Source: Rickettsiales bacterium (GTDB lineage Bacteria; Pseudomonadota; Alphaproteobacteria; Rickettsiales; UBA3002). From it: DNA of 64,000 nt. Position numbers and translations under genes: made by a program. The DNA is taken from positions 4,124-68,123 of the forward strand of contig JBIIEL010000006.1 of NCBI GenBank assembly GCA_044237845.1. The letters are read 5' to 3'. Shown piece after piece: positions 1 to 9,755 of this stretch. Each line of letters starts with the position of its first letter. Within the stretch, counting starts at the first letter, position 1. The notes under the pieces are model-generated. The model did not search any database. It worked only from the letters and a program-made list of their open reading frames with translations, and was not told where the DNA came from.

Positions 1-459
1 TGCCGATGCGCCCTGCGTCTGCAAACTCTCTGGCAGCAGGTCGAATTTTTTTTCTTCTGTGAAATCGAGCTTGGTGATGCTCTGGCGCGTACGCTCCGTC
101 TCGGCAATCAAATCCGGCAGGGTATGATAGCTCTGCGGCCCCACCACCATATCTACATACGGCATGCGAGCGATGATTTCCTCGCCCTCTGCCTGCGCCA
201 CACAGCCTGCAACCGCAATCAGCATGCGCTTGCCTTCGGCAGCTTGTGCATTTTTCTCAATGCGCAAACGGCCAAGGTCGGAATACATTTTCTCCGCCGC
301 TTTCTCGCGGATATGACAGGTGTTGAGGATCACCAGATCCGCGCCCTCGGGCGTATCGCTCTCCACATAGCCAAACGGCGCCAGCACATCGTTCATGCGC
401 GTGCTGTCATAGACATTCATTTGACAGCCATAGGTTTTGATGTGGAGTTTTTTGTTCAT
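1..459 (-). CDS. miaB: tRNA-2-methylthio-N6-dimethylallyladenosine synthase MiaB, N-terminal fragment (gene continues beyond the left edge)
   Basis: My minus-strand translation from the ATG at 457-459 reads [65 protein letters not shown]. This is a typical MiaB/UPF0004 N-terminus. The frame stays open to position 1, so it is missing from the ORF track. Confidence 0.85.
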   Translation of the reverse strand, partial: MNKKLHIKTYGCQMNVYDSTRMNDVLAPFGYVESDTPEGADLVILNTCHIREKAAEKMYSDLGRLRIEKNAQAAEGKRMLIAVAGCVAQAEGEEIIARMPYVDMVVGPQSYHTLPDLIAETERTRQSITKLDFTEEKKFDLLPESLQTQGASA

Positions 460-866
460 TCTTGTTGGCTTCCTAATAAACAGGCCGTCGCTTTGAGAGC
501 GTGAACACGGACAAATGCTCCCTTCTTCTCAGACAAGCGAAAAAGCAGATGATCTTCTTTATTACATGATGTTTCTGACCAACATTCATGATCAAAATCC
601 GTTGGATCCTTATAACCCAACTCCATTATATCGCACGGTAGCTGCGGTGAATCATGACTCCAATGATCAACTTCCTCGAACAGAATCTCAATTTCGTGGT
701 TAGGCATTTTGCCCGATGCATCATTCAGATATGTAAAAATCAGTCGAGCGTGTTTTTTTGAGGCATCAAATGCTAAAACTGTGAGATCATAGCAATTATG
801 CAGATCGAAATATTGTCCATTAAACTGTATGGCAACAGATTCCAGAAGTACGAAATTCATTTGCAT
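456..866 (-). CDS. hypothetical protein (136 aa), no recognisable family, visibly AT-richer than its neighbours
   Basis: ORF track 456..866. Its TGA stop overlaps the miaB ATG (ATGA at 456-459). Its ATG lies 5 nt after the stop of the upstream dehydratase gene. Confidence 0.55.
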   Translation of the reverse strand: MQMNFVLLESVAIQFNGQYFDLHNCYDLTVLAFDASKKHARLIFTYLNDASGKMPNHEIEILFEEVDHWSHDSPQLPCDIMELGYKDPTDFDHECWSETSCNKEDHLLFRLSEKKGAFVRVHALKATACLLGSQQE

Positions 867-871
867 CGGAT

Positions 872-1168
872 TTATCCTAATTCATCAATCTTCGCTGCCA
901 TCGCTACGTCATTAGCGGTGATGCCACCGGCATCATGCGTGGTGAGCAGAATCGTCACATAGCCCCAGCCAAACTGAATATCCGGATGGTGGTTCGCCGC
1001 TTCCGCCAAGGTGCCAAGGCGGTTCACATAGGCCAGCGCATCCACGAAGTTCACATATTTCATGCGTTTGGTGAGATTGATTCCCTCCACCGCCCAGCCT
1101 TTAAGCGTGGGTAGTGCAGCGGCAATCGCATCGGGTGATAGCAAACGGGTTTGGGCAACAGCGCTCAT
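872..1168 (-). CDS. 4a-hydroxytetrahydrobiopterin (pterin-4-alpha-carbinolamine) dehydratase
   Basis: The last 98 aa of ORF 872..1579 (MSAVAQTRLLSPDAIAAALPTLKGWAVEG...ANHHPDIQFGWGYVTILLTTHDAGGIT) show the PCD/DCoH signature. The longer N-terminal extension is Arg/Ala-rich and antisense to tsaB, so I placed the start at ATG 1166-1168. Confidence 0.8.
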   Translation of the reverse strand: MSAVAQTRLLSPDAIAAALPTLKGWAVEGINLTKRMKYVNFVDALAYVNRLGTLAEAANHHPDIQFGWGYVTILLTTHDAGGITANDVAMAAKIDELG

Positions 1169-1214
1169 TGGGTTCTCCTTTACATTCGGGCAGCGGCTGA
1201 TTAGCACAGTCCCC

Positions 1215-1859
1215 ATGAACAATAAACCCGTTTTAGCATTCGATTGCGCCTGTTTCGGTGCCAGCATCTCGCTACGCGCGGGCGGGACGACGCATTCGCG
1301 CCAATTAACCTTGCAAAACCAAGCCAAAGAGCTAGTCAGCGCCATCGACAGCCTTCTGCGCGAAGCCGGGGTAGAGTACGCGGATTTAGGCACCATTCTC
1401 ACCACCATCGGCCCCGGCAGCTTCACCGGCCTGCGTATTGGCCTTGCCGCGCTGCACGGGTTTGTGCTGGTAAAAGCCACGCCCATCAAAACCCTGAGCA
1501 CGCTCGAGGCAATGGCTTGGCATATCGCGCGTGGAGCGAATGCGCCGGCGGCTTTCATCCTCGCCATCCGCGCAGGCAAAGGCGAAGCCTATGCGCAGGA
1601 TTTCGAGCAAAAAGACGGCATACCCACGACACGGGGAGAGATTTACGTCACCGCTGAAACCAAGACCGATTGGGCACTGCCCTGCTATGGCAACCTTGTA
1701 GCGGCGGAGTCGCACTACTACCTTGCCTCCCCCAATACCGAAACGCTGTGCGACATTGCGGATGTATTGCCGACCAGTACACTGGCCGATGCATTACCGC
1801 TCTATATCCGCTCGCCGGATGCGATTATTCCTGCCACTCCGGCGTGGTTGAAAGCTTAG
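1215..1859 (+). CDS. tsaB: tRNA threonylcarbamoyladenosine biosynthesis protein TsaB (YeaZ family)
   Basis: MNNKPVLAFDCACFGASISL...TTIGPGSFTGLRIGLAALHG is typical of TsaB. Start moved to ATG 1215 inside ORF 1062..1859. Confidence 0.8.
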   Translation: MNNKPVLAFDCACFGASISLRAGGTTHSRQLTLQNQAKELVSAIDSLLREAGVEYADLGTILTTIGPGSFTGLRIGLAALHGFVLVKATPIKTLSTLEAMAWHIARGANAPAAFILAIRAGKGEAYAQDFEQKDGIPTTRGEIYVTAETKTDWALPCYGNLVAAESHYYLASPNTETLCDIADVLPTSTLADALPLYIRSPDAIIPATPAWLKA

Positions 1860-1885
1860 CCACTCGTTTTTAGAGGAAGAGAACT

Positions 1886-2461
1886 ATGAAAAAACTTCTG
1901 ATGCTCATTACCATTGGTTTGTTATCAGCCTGCGAAACTGCTCCGGCAGCTTATACACCAACGCCGCTTGATTTCTCGGGTGTGCCTGTGCGTCTGAATG
2001 TTGCGCAGATTCGGGTAGTCGAAAATTACCGCGCACCAATGGCACGCCCGAATGTGGAGCAGGAATTCCCTACCCCACCCGCTGCCGCAGTTAAAAAATG
2101 GGTCGCACAACGCCTCACCGCCGTTGGCAGTAGCGGCGTGTTGGAGGTGGCGATCGACGACGCCTCCGTAAGAGAAGTGTCACTGCCGAAAACTGGTGGT
2201 ATTAAAGGGATTTTCACAGATGATCAGGATGCGCGCTACGATGGCACTTTGCGCGTCACCTTAAGGCTGTACGATGGCATGCAGGCGGGGTCTGTCGCTT
2301 CGGGCGATGTGAAAATCACACGCTCGCGTAGTATCAACGAAAAAGCGACCATCAACGAACGCACACGCCTCTATGAAATAATGACCAAAGAAATGATGGC
2401 GAGCTTTGACACCGAGACCAACGCAAGGCTGCGCCAGTATTTCTCGGCGTATATTCGCTAG
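1886..2461 (+). CDS. lipoprotein of unknown function
   Basis: The N-terminus MKKLLMLITIGLLSAC has a signal peptide and lipobox (L-S-A-C). GGAAGAG lies upstream of the ATG. Confidence 0.7.
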   Translation: MKKLLMLITIGLLSACETAPAAYTPTPLDFSGVPVRLNVAQIRVVENYRAPMARPNVEQEFPTPPAAAVKKWVAQRLTAVGSSGVLEVAIDDASVREVSLPKTGGIKGIFTDDQDARYDGTLRVTLRLYDGMQAGSVASGDVKITRSRSINEKATINERTRLYEIMTKEMMASFDTETNARLRQYFSAYIR

Positions 2462-3075
2462 TCGGCGCTTACGTCTTTTTTGAGCACATAGGTGCGCCAG
2501 AGGCGTTTTACTTGCTCCCAATACCAGCCCTCCGGCTTGGTGTGGATGACCACGGTGCCCGCGATATAATCATGCCAGCCGCGCCGTTGCTTGTTGAAGC
2601 TCGCCCAGAAAATGCCGAGCATCAACGGCAATGTGGCCGGAATATACGCTAAAAAACGCAATACATAACGCCAACGCGCGATCGGCTCCAGCGTCTCTGC
2701 CCTGACGATTTTGATACCAAGCAGGCGCTTGCCGGGCGTGGTATGCCAGATGCACTGCGAGGAAATAATCAGCACCGCAAGAAAAAGAGACTGAATGCTA
2801 AAATTAATCACTGCCAAACGAAACGGCTCAGACTGAATAAACATCGGCAGCATCACACTGAACTTATCTACACCCTGAATTTCCCGATAGATCGACATAT
2901 CGGCGCCTTCATAGATTTTTTGGGTGATCTTATTGAACAACCCAGCGAGAAGGAAAAATGCCAGCCCACAATCCACCGCAGCAGCCAATGCGCGGGCGTA
3001 AATATCCGCATAATGCACGCCGCCATAGGATTTGGGCTTAGGTGTCAGGCCGAAGGGAAGCCACATCAGTGCCAT
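2458..3075 (-). CDS. RDD family membrane protein
   Basis: Polytopic membrane protein ending in ...NKQRRGWHDYIAGTVVI, which is RDD-domain-like. Convergent with the lipoprotein gene, 4-nt overlap. Confidence 0.65.
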   Translation of the reverse strand: MALMWLPFGLTPKPKSYGGVHYADIYARALAAAVDCGLAFFLLAGLFNKITQKIYEGADMSIYREIQGVDKFSVMLPMFIQSEPFRLAVINFSIQSLFLAVLIISSQCIWHTTPGKRLLGIKIVRAETLEPIARWRYVLRFLAYIPATLPLMLGIFWASFNKQRRGWHDYIAGTVVIHTKPEGWYWEQVKRLWRTYVLKKDVSAD

Positions 3076-3082
3076 TTGAGTC

Positions 3083-3742
3083 CTACAGGTGGGTTAGAAG
3101 TTCTGCGATTTTCTCTGCGTTCTGCCACGAAGATACGCGAGGCTGAAAAATCCGCAACGGGATATTTGTAATGAGGGGGGTAAGCCCCGCCTGCGCTTCG
3201 GCGAAATCGACCGTGGAATCCGCCGTTTCATTCATCACCAGCGCAGCAACGCGCAGCCCCGCATCTTCGAGCACCTTGAGCGCCGTCAGCGTATGACTGA
3301 TGGAACCGAGATAACTGCCCGTCGTGAGAATCACCGGCAACCCCAGCGCCCTCATCCAGTCGAGTGTGGTATGGCTATCCGTCAGCGGCACCATCACCCC
3401 ACCCACGCCTTCGATGAGCGTGAAGCCAGGCTGCACAGCGCGCGTACGCGACCATTCCACCAGCGCGCCAATATCAATCGTTTTATTCTCATGCGCTGCT
3501 GCGCGATGGGGCGACAATGGCGCCACAAAACGCCATGGCGATACCGCCTCTTCCGACATCTTCTCGCCCGAAGCCTCGATAATCTGCGCTGTGTCGGTTG
3601 CATCTGATCCGTCCCAGCCAGAGATAACGGGTTTATAGCCGCGCGCCGTAATACCCGCACGCTGCGCGCCATACAGCAAGGCGCAAGTGGTGAATGTTTT
3701 TCCCACTTCGGTGCCGGTCGCCGTAATGAAATAGGCGCTCAT
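3083..3742 (-). CDS. bioD: dethiobiotin synthetase
   Basis: MSAYFITATGTEVGKTFTTCALL carries the P-loop GTxxGKT typical of BioD. Last gene of the bioF-H-C-D operon. Confidence 0.85.
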   Translation of the reverse strand: MSAYFITATGTEVGKTFTTCALLYGAQRAGITARGYKPVISGWDGSDATDTAQIIEASGEKMSEEAVSPWRFVAPLSPHRAAAHENKTIDIGALVEWSRTRAVQPGFTLIEGVGGVMVPLTDSHTTLDWMRALGLPVILTTGSYLGSISHTLTALKVLEDAGLRVAALVMNETADSTVDFAEAQAGLTPLITNIPLRIFQPRVSSWQNAEKIAELLTHL

Positions 3743-4512
3743 AAGGGCTTACACAGAATCATGAATAAGTGATTCCATGTCGCAGGCAGGCCTTCTGGCG
3801 TACGCAGCAATTCATATGCTTCGGCCATTATTCTCCAGCGTTTTGCGCCCATCAACCCCTGTGAAGAGCGTGTAAAATTATTTCCCGCGCCAATATCACG
3901 CATCGAATCCATCAACACACGAAGCGTGGCGTAATGACGTATTTCACAGGAGGACGTTGCCATGGTAATCTCAAGCCCTACTTTCCTCGCCGCAGTTTTA
4001 TATTCCTCGACGTCACGCATTGCGAGCAATCCCAGCGGCAATGCAGCTACATCCGCAGCCTGGTGCAATTCCGATAATGTTCCTTGCGCAAGCGTGGCCA
4101 AAATCACACGCCCTCCCGGCCTCAGCACGCGGTTGATTTCACTCATTCCAGTATCAAGCTGCGCTACCCATTGCAGACAGAGCGAGGACACCACCGCATC
4201 ATATGAGGCATCCGCGAGCGGCAACGCCTCCGCATCCGCCTGAATTGTAGTGCAGCGCGCGCGTGCAACTTTACACATCCCCTCTGCGATATCGACCCCG
4301 GTGATCTGCCAATTGGGCTGTGTGGCCGCACTCATCTCTGCGAATTGGCCCGTACCACAGCCTACATCCAGAATATTCGCCTGTGCAGAAACCAACATAT
4401 GCGCAGCATCCACCACCCGTGCGGTTTGTGTGTGCTGAAAGTTGGCACGCACATCGTAATCAGCCGCGTTACGACCAAAATTCTCTATCAGACGGGCGCG
4501 GGCAATGGTCAT
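3739..4512 (-). CDS. bioC: malonyl-ACP O-methyltransferase (BioC type SAM methyltransferase)
   Basis: SAM motif ILDVGCGTGQF, about 257 aa. It has 4-nt overlaps with both bioH and bioD. Confidence 0.75.
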   Translation of the reverse strand: MTIARARLIENFGRNAADYDVRANFQHTQTARVVDAAHMLVSAQANILDVGCGTGQFAEMSAATQPNWQITGVDIAEGMCKVARARCTTIQADAEALPLADASYDAVVSSLCLQWVAQLDTGMSEINRVLRPGGRVILATLAQGTLSELHQAADVAALPLGLLAMRDVEEYKTAARKVGLEITMATSSCEIRHYATLRVLMDSMRDIGAGNNFTRSSQGLMGAKRWRIMAEAYELLRTPEGLPATWNHLFMILCKPL

Positions 4513-5198
4513 ATATTCACCCCGTGATGTGCACGATGCGCAGCAATTTCAGCGCGAAGCCGCGCCGCATCATGCAGATGCGGCGCATGCGAAACATCCT
4601 GCCAAGAATGCAACGTGGCATGCGGCATTTTTTTTGCCCAGATTTCGGATTGAGTATGCGGCACAATAGCATCGTTTGTACCATGAACCAGTAACGTGGG
4701 TGGTAGCTCTACGCCGCTCATATCGCCAATCAACTCATGCGCCAACGTATCTAGCCAGGGCAGCCAGCGCGCGGTATTTTCAACCTCCGGATGGTGCCCC
4801 AACATCTCATGTACCCGCGTAAAATCGCGATCACCCTTAGCAACAAGTCCATGAAAACGCGCTTTAGTGCGCGTCGGTTGCGTGGCATAATTTTCACGAA
4901 ACTGCTTGAACACCAGCGGATCCATCCCCTTCACCGCTTCGCTGCTGATAAATTGGTAAGGCGCCGCAATCAGCGTGAGATGCTTGGGTTTCAAAACCCC
5001 AGCGGCGATGGCTTTTATCGCCAATTGTCCTCCAAGCGACCACGCCACAACACAATTCGTGCGCTCAAATTTTTCAAGCGCCGAGAAGCTCTCCTCAGGT
5101 GATGCATAGGCGCTGTAATCGAACATTGCCGCTTCCGGTTCGATGCAATGAAGTGCATCTACCGGCTGCGTCCATCCGCTAAGCACTAGGCTGCGCAT
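4509..5198 (-). CDS. bioH: pimeloyl-ACP methyl ester esterase (BioH-type alpha/beta hydrolase)
   Basis: Short alpha/beta hydrolase with nucleophile elbow AWSLGG and a C-terminal His (SHAPHLH). It sits between bioF and bioC. Confidence 0.7.
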   Translation of the reverse strand: MRSLVLSGWTQPVDALHCIEPEAAMFDYSAYASPEESFSALEKFERTNCVVAWSLGGQLAIKAIAAGVLKPKHLTLIAAPYQFISSEAVKGMDPLVFKQFRENYATQPTRTKARFHGLVAKGDRDFTRVHEMLGHHPEVENTARWLPWLDTLAHELIGDMSGVELPPTLLVHGTNDAIVPHTQSEIWAKKMPHATLHSWQDVSHAPHLHDAARLRAEIAAHRAHHGVNI

Positions 5199-6322
5199 GG
5201 CACCTCCGCGATGCGTAGCTGTTTCAGCACCACGATCAGCCTCTCCACCTGCGCATCCGTATGTGCGGCGGAGAAGGTAAGCCGCAGACGCGCCGTGCCC
5301 GGAGGCACCGTGGGAGGACGAATCGCCACCGCCAGAATGCCCTGCGCCTTCAGCGCCTCACCTGCAGCCAATGCCGCAGTTTCCTTGCCCAACATCAGCG
5401 GCACAATCGCACTCCCCATGAAGGGAATAGCAAGCGCATCACAGACACGCTTTGCCAGCATCAGAGACCGTGTACCACGCTCTGGCTCACGCGTCATCAC
5501 CTGCAACGACGCTAATGCTGCTGCACAAGCGGAGGGCGGCAATCCGGTCGAAAACAATATGCTGCGCGCGCGCGTCACAAGCATATCCAACACTGCGCGT
5601 TTGGCGACGACATAGCCACCATAACTACCTGCGGATTTGGAAAGTGTGCCCATCCAGACATCCACCTCCGCATGCGATTCCACCATGCCAAGCCCGTGGG
5701 CATCATCCACCATCAGCCAACTATCCCGGGCCTTCGCGAGCGCCGAGAGTTCCGCAAGCGGCGCAACATCACCATCCATGCTATAGACATGATCAACTAG
5801 AATCAGCGCATTGGTGTATTGCCCGCGATGCTCCGCCAGCAATGTGTTGAGATGCGCGGCATCGTTATGACGAAAGCGCTTGAGTGTCGCACCGGAAAGC
5901 TGCGCACCATCCAGCAAACAAGCATGCACCAGCTTATCCGCAAAAATAATGTCGCCACGCCCTACGAGCGCCGGAATCACACCGATATTCGTGAGATAGC
6001 CACTACCGAACACCAGCGCCGCTTCTGCCTGCTTACTGCGTGCCAAAGCGTCCTCAAGCGCGGCGTAAAGGGGGTGATTACCTGTGACAAGGCGCGACGC
6101 CCCCGCCCCCGCACCATAGCGCTTGAGTGCCGCTTCGGCCGCTGCCAACACTTCCGGATGATTCGCAAGGCCGAGATAATCATTGCCAGAAAAAGAGAGA
6201 TATTCCGTGCCATTCTGCACCACGCACACACCATCCACCGCCGTTTCCCTGAGGATACGCCGCTGATTAGTCTCGCTAAGCGCGCGCAATTGCTGCTGGC
6301 AATAATCTTCGAGCTTCGTCAT
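5186..6322 (-). CDS. bioF: 8-amino-7-oxononanoate synthase
   Basis: PLP-dependent alpha-oxoamine synthase pattern (NDYLGL..., GTLSKSAGSYGG with the PLP lysine). First gene of the minus-strand bio operon. Confidence 0.85.
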   Translation of the reverse strand: MTKLEDYCQQQLRALSETNQRRILRETAVDGVCVVQNGTEYLSFSGNDYLGLANHPEVLAAAEAALKRYGAGAGASRLVTGNHPLYAALEDALARSKQAEAALVFGSGYLTNIGVIPALVGRGDIIFADKLVHACLLDGAQLSGATLKRFRHNDAAHLNTLLAEHRGQYTNALILVDHVYSMDGDVAPLAELSALAKARDSWLMVDDAHGLGMVESHAEVDVWMGTLSKSAGSYGGYVVAKRAVLDMLVTRARSILFSTGLPPSACAAALASLQVMTREPERGTRSLMLAKRVCDALAIPFMGSAIVPLMLGKETAALAAGEALKAQGILAVAIRPPTVPPGTARLRLTFSAAHTDAQVERLIVVLKQLRIAEVPCAA

Positions 6323-6412
6323 GAGGTGTTATTTTTCCTTTGCGAGCCTTGGTCTGGTCAAGTATGAAGAGAGCCGTTTTTGCCATAAATCACCTCACGA
6401 GGCGAGTAATAA
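6323..6412. promoter_or_regulatory. divergent promoter region between bioFHCD and bioBA
   Basis: A 90-bp intergenic region between divergently oriented bio operons, so both promoters must lie here. I could not identify an operator sequence. Confidence 0.4.
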
Positions 6413-7387
6413 ATGACCACAACACGCCATAATTGGAGCAAGAGCGAGGTTGAAGCCCTCTTCGCCTTGCCGATCAACGAGCTGCTGTTTCAGGCCGCCA
6501 CTGTTCACCGCGCACATTTTGACCCGTCGGAAGTGCAAGTGTCGCAGCTTTGCTCGATCAAAACCGGCGGCTGCCCAGAGGATTGTAATTATTGCTCGCA
6601 AAGCGCCAAGTTCGACACGCCCGTCAAGGCAACAAAGCTAATGGAAGTAGAAAAGGTTCTGGCGGATGCACGAAAAGCGAAAGAAGCTGGTGCGAGCCGC
6701 TTCTGCATGGGCGCGGCGTGGCGCAACCCCAAAGAACGCGACATGCCCGCAGTGACGGAGATGATCCGCGAAGTGAAAGCCATGGGGCTTGAGACCTGTG
6801 CCACGCTTGGCATGCTGACGCCTTCGCAAGCCGCAGCGCTGAAAGAAGCCGGGCTTGATTATTACAACCACAACCTCGACACCTCGGAAGAATTTTACTC
6901 CGAGATCATCACCACCCGCACCTATCAGGATCGCCTCGATACCCTCGCCAACGTGCGCGACGCGGGGATGAAAACCTGCTGCGGCGGCATCATGGGCATG
7001 GGCGAGACCCGTGCTGACCGCGCTTCACTGCTGGTGACGCTCGCCAACCTCCCCATCCACCCGGACAGCGTGCCGATTAACCTGCTCATCCCGGCAGATG
7101 GTACACCGCTCGCGGGGAATCCGCGCATCGACGGTATCGAATTCGTTCGCACGATTGCGGTGGCACGCATCATGATGCCCAAATCCATGGTACGCCTCTC
7201 CGCCGGGCGCGAGGGCATGAGCGACGAATTACAAGCCATGTGCTTCTTTGCGGGCGCAAACTCCATTTTCGTTGGCGAAAAACTGCTGACGGCAGCGAAT
7301 CCCGACCATAATGAGGATGCGGCACTGTTCACCAAGCTTGGCCTGCGCCCCATGCCGCTCACCACCGCGAGCGCTAAAGCGGCCTGA
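6413..7387 (+). CDS. bioB: biotin synthase (radical SAM)
   Basis: [11 protein letters not shown] radical-SAM cluster motif plus overall BioB-like sequence. Confidence 0.9.
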   Translation: MTTTRHNWSKSEVEALFALPINELLFQAATVHRAHFDPSEVQVSQLCSIKTGGCPEDCNYCSQSAKFDTPVKATKLMEVEKVLADARKAKEAGASRFCMGAAWRNPKERDMPAVTEMIREVKAMGLETCATLGMLTPSQAAALKEAGLDYYNHNLDTSEEFYSEIITTRTYQDRLDTLANVRDAGMKTCCGGIMGMGETRADRASLLVTLANLPIHPDSVPINLLIPADGTPLAGNPRIDGIEFVRTIAVARIMMPKSMVRLSAGREGMSDELQAMCFFAGANSIFVGEKLLTAANPDHNEDAALFTKLGLRPMPLTTASAKAA

Positions 7388-8652
7388 TGAGCGATCAACC
7401 ATCATGGTTCACCGAAGGCTGGCCGCATATATGGCTGCCCTATGCGCAGATGAAAACCGTGCTGCCGCCCCTGCCCGTCATCGGTGCGGAGGGATGTAAA
7501 ATCAAACTCGCCGATGGGCGCGAACTGGTCGATGGCATCGCAAGTTGGTGGAGCATGTGCCACGGCTATCAGCACCCGCATATCGTCAAAGCAATTCAGG
7601 AACAGGCGGGCATGCTCAGCCATGTGATGTTCGCCGGGCTGGCGCACGAACCTGCTTACACCCTCGCCGCACGGCTGTGCAAAACGGTGGGCATGGGCAT
7701 GGAGCGCGTGTTTTTTGCCGAATCCGGCTCGGTCGCGGTGGAGGTGGCACTCAAAATGGCGCTGCAATACTGGCGCAACAAGGGTGAAACAAAACGCACC
7801 AAATTCATCACCTTCAACCATGGCTATCACGGCGACACGCTGGGCGCGATGTCGGTCTCCGCGCGCAGCCATTTCAACGCCGCCTATGACACGATTACGC
7901 TACGCAACTACGCGCTCGATATTCCGCACGACGAATACAGCTTCGCCGAATTCGCCGATACGCTGGCTGCGATTCGCGGGCAAGTCGCTGCACTCATTAT
8001 TGAACCGCTGGTGCAGGGCGCGGGCGGCTTGCGCTTTTACTCCGCCGATATCCTCTCCGAAATTCGTCGCGTCTGCCGCGAGCAGGATATTCTGTTTATT
8101 GCGGATGAAATCGCTACCGGCTTCGCGCGCACGGGCAGCCTATTCGCCTGCCATGAAGCGGCGATTGAACCAGATATTCTCTGCCTCGGCAAAGCGCTGA
8201 CGGGTGGTCATATGCCACTCGCCGCCACGCTCACCAACGCCAGAATTTTTGATGCGTTTTTGAGCGACGATGCCGACAAAGCCCTCATGCACGGCCCCAC
8301 CTTCATGGCACACCCGCTGGGCTGTGCGGCAGCAAATGCCTCGCTCGACCTGTTCGCGCGCGAGCCACGCATCGCGCAGGTGGAAACAATAGAGGCTGCA
8401 CTATGGGAGGGGCTTCGCGCATTCAAATCGCATGACGATGTCGCAGACGTGCGTGTCAAAGGCGCGATTGGGGTGATTGAATTCAAAGAAGGCGCCGTGA
8501 ACGCCGAGCGCATCCGCAGCATGTGCGCCGAGAGCGTGAAGCACGGCGCATGGCTCCGCCCGTTCGATAATGTGCTTTACCTCATGCCCCCACTCACGAT
8601 CAGCGAGGCTGAGCTTGACGTACTGTTTGGGGCAATTCGGATAACTAGTTAA
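7387..8652 (+). CDS. bioA: adenosylmethionine-8-amino-7-oxononanoate aminotransferase
   Basis: Class III aminotransferase (WWSMCHGYQHP, ADEIATGFARTG). Its start overlaps the bioB stop (TGATG). Confidence 0.9.
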   Translation: MSDQPSWFTEGWPHIWLPYAQMKTVLPPLPVIGAEGCKIKLADGRELVDGIASWWSMCHGYQHPHIVKAIQEQAGMLSHVMFAGLAHEPAYTLAARLCKTVGMGMERVFFAESGSVAVEVALKMALQYWRNKGETKRTKFITFNHGYHGDTLGAMSVSARSHFNAAYDTITLRNYALDIPHDEYSFAEFADTLAAIRGQVAALIIEPLVQGAGGLRFYSADILSEIRRVCREQDILFIADEIATGFARTGSLFACHEAAIEPDILCLGKALTGGHMPLAATLTNARIFDAFLSDDADKALMHGPTFMAHPLGCAAANASLDLFAREPRIAQVETIEAALWEGLRAFKSHDDVADVRVKGAIGVIEFKEGAVNAERIRSMCAESVKHGAWLRPFDNVLYLMPPLTISEAELDVLFGAIRITS

Positions 8653-9268
8653 AATTCGGATGTGGCCAATGAGATTGTTCGCTCCGAGGAGTTCCATTCC
8701 GGTAGTGCCAAATTAAATAATCTCTGAACAGGCATAAATTCATTCCAAATCTTTTTCCGCGGTGAGTCGACTCATAACTATCTTCTGCATATTCATCGAA
8801 TTCTTCGACGGTCAAGCCATTAGCCAACATGTGCGATTTTTTCCATTTGCCTCTACTCATCGGTGAAAGCTTGCGATTACGCTGATACTCACCAAATTCT
8901 TCGTGAGTTAACTCAGCATCAGTGAATAATTCGCGCTTCGGATGATTGCGTCGTTGACGTTGTGTCGAAACAATTGATGTATTGGCAAGCTGTAAGTCGC
9001 CAACACGATAATGCTGAAGCAGCTCATCTTTAAAATCACACATGGCCTTATTATAAGACTCACCATAACTGGGATAGCGCTTCTCAAATTCTTCAAACTC
9101 AGCAATTGTAACACCGACAGGAAGCATTATTTTATCTTTGGTTAAATCCTCCGGCTTGGCCACTTCCATGCCGTCGAAGAATTCTTCCAGATTTGACGAT
9201 CCAGCCGATGCATTTTCTGAGATTACCAACAAACCCAGACACAATAACAGGGTCAGAAAGCGTAGCAT
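8645..9268 (-). CDS. secreted hypothetical protein with internal EEF-x-EY repeats; AT-rich gene
   Basis: Signal peptide MLRFLTLLLCLGLLVISENASA. An internally duplicated module is visible (GVTIAEFEEFEKRY...LLQHYRVG versus GLTVEEFDEYAEDS...LIWHYRNG). The start lies 3 nt after the rpoZ stop, and the 3' end overlaps the bioA 3' end by 8 nt. Confidence 0.6.
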   Translation of the reverse strand: MLRFLTLLLCLGLLVISENASAGSSNLEEFFDGMEVAKPEDLTKDKIMLPVGVTIAEFEEFEKRYPSYGESYNKAMCDFKDELLQHYRVGDLQLANTSIVSTQRQRRNHPKRELFTDAELTHEEFGEYQRNRKLSPMSRGKWKKSHMLANGLTVEEFDEYAEDSYESTHRGKRFGMNLCLFRDYLIWHYRNGTPRSEQSHWPHPNFN

Positions 9269-9271
9269 ACG

Positions 9272-9658
9272 CTAGTCTTCAACTTCGATATTCTCTTCCA
9301 CGAAGCTCATGCCCGCTTGGCCTTGCTCGACATAGGACTGCGTTTCGGCAATCGCGTGGTGCATTTCGTCGTGGCCGAGGCTGTAGCTCGCGTGATTCTC
9401 TTCTTCCTCGATACGATCGTTCGGATCGAAGCCCGCTTTTTTCTGGAAATTGCTGATGATTTCTTCGTTCACCAGTTTCACATCGATGGTTTTGTCAGCG
9501 ATTTCGCGCAGGGAAACAACCGCGTCCTTGTCGTTATCACGGTCGATTGTCAGCGGCATACCTGAGGAAATCTGCTTCGCACGCTGCGCGGCAGTGACCA
9601 CCAAATCAAAGCGGTTTGGAACGATTTGGATGCAATCTTCAACGGTGACGCGTGCCAT
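9272..9658 (-). CDS. rpoZ: DNA-directed RNA polymerase subunit omega
   Basis: [33 protein letters not shown] is the canonical RpoZ N-terminus. Confidence 0.9.
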   Translation of the reverse strand: MARVTVEDCIQIVPNRFDLVVTAAQRAKQISSGMPLTIDRDNDKDAVVSLREIADKTIDVKLVNEEIISNFQKKAGFDPNDRIEEEENHASYSLGHDEMHHAIAETQSYVEQGQAGMSFVEENIEVED

Positions 9659-9755
9659 GGAGGCTCCTGATAAAGCGAGGTTAAGGACTAAGGATAGGGG
9701 CTATTAGAAGAAAACATTGCGGTTTGCAAGCAAAACTCTTAAGGAGTTTACCCCT

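Noticed and set aside
1169-1579. N-terminal extension of ORF 872..1579 (and similarly 54513..54680 for rlpA, 58656..58766 for queE, 37110..37655 for phaR, 48110..48160 for the OMP)
   Set aside because: These extensions overlap neighbouring genes or promoters, have non-native composition, and precede an internal start that matches the family N-terminus, signal peptide or lipobox.
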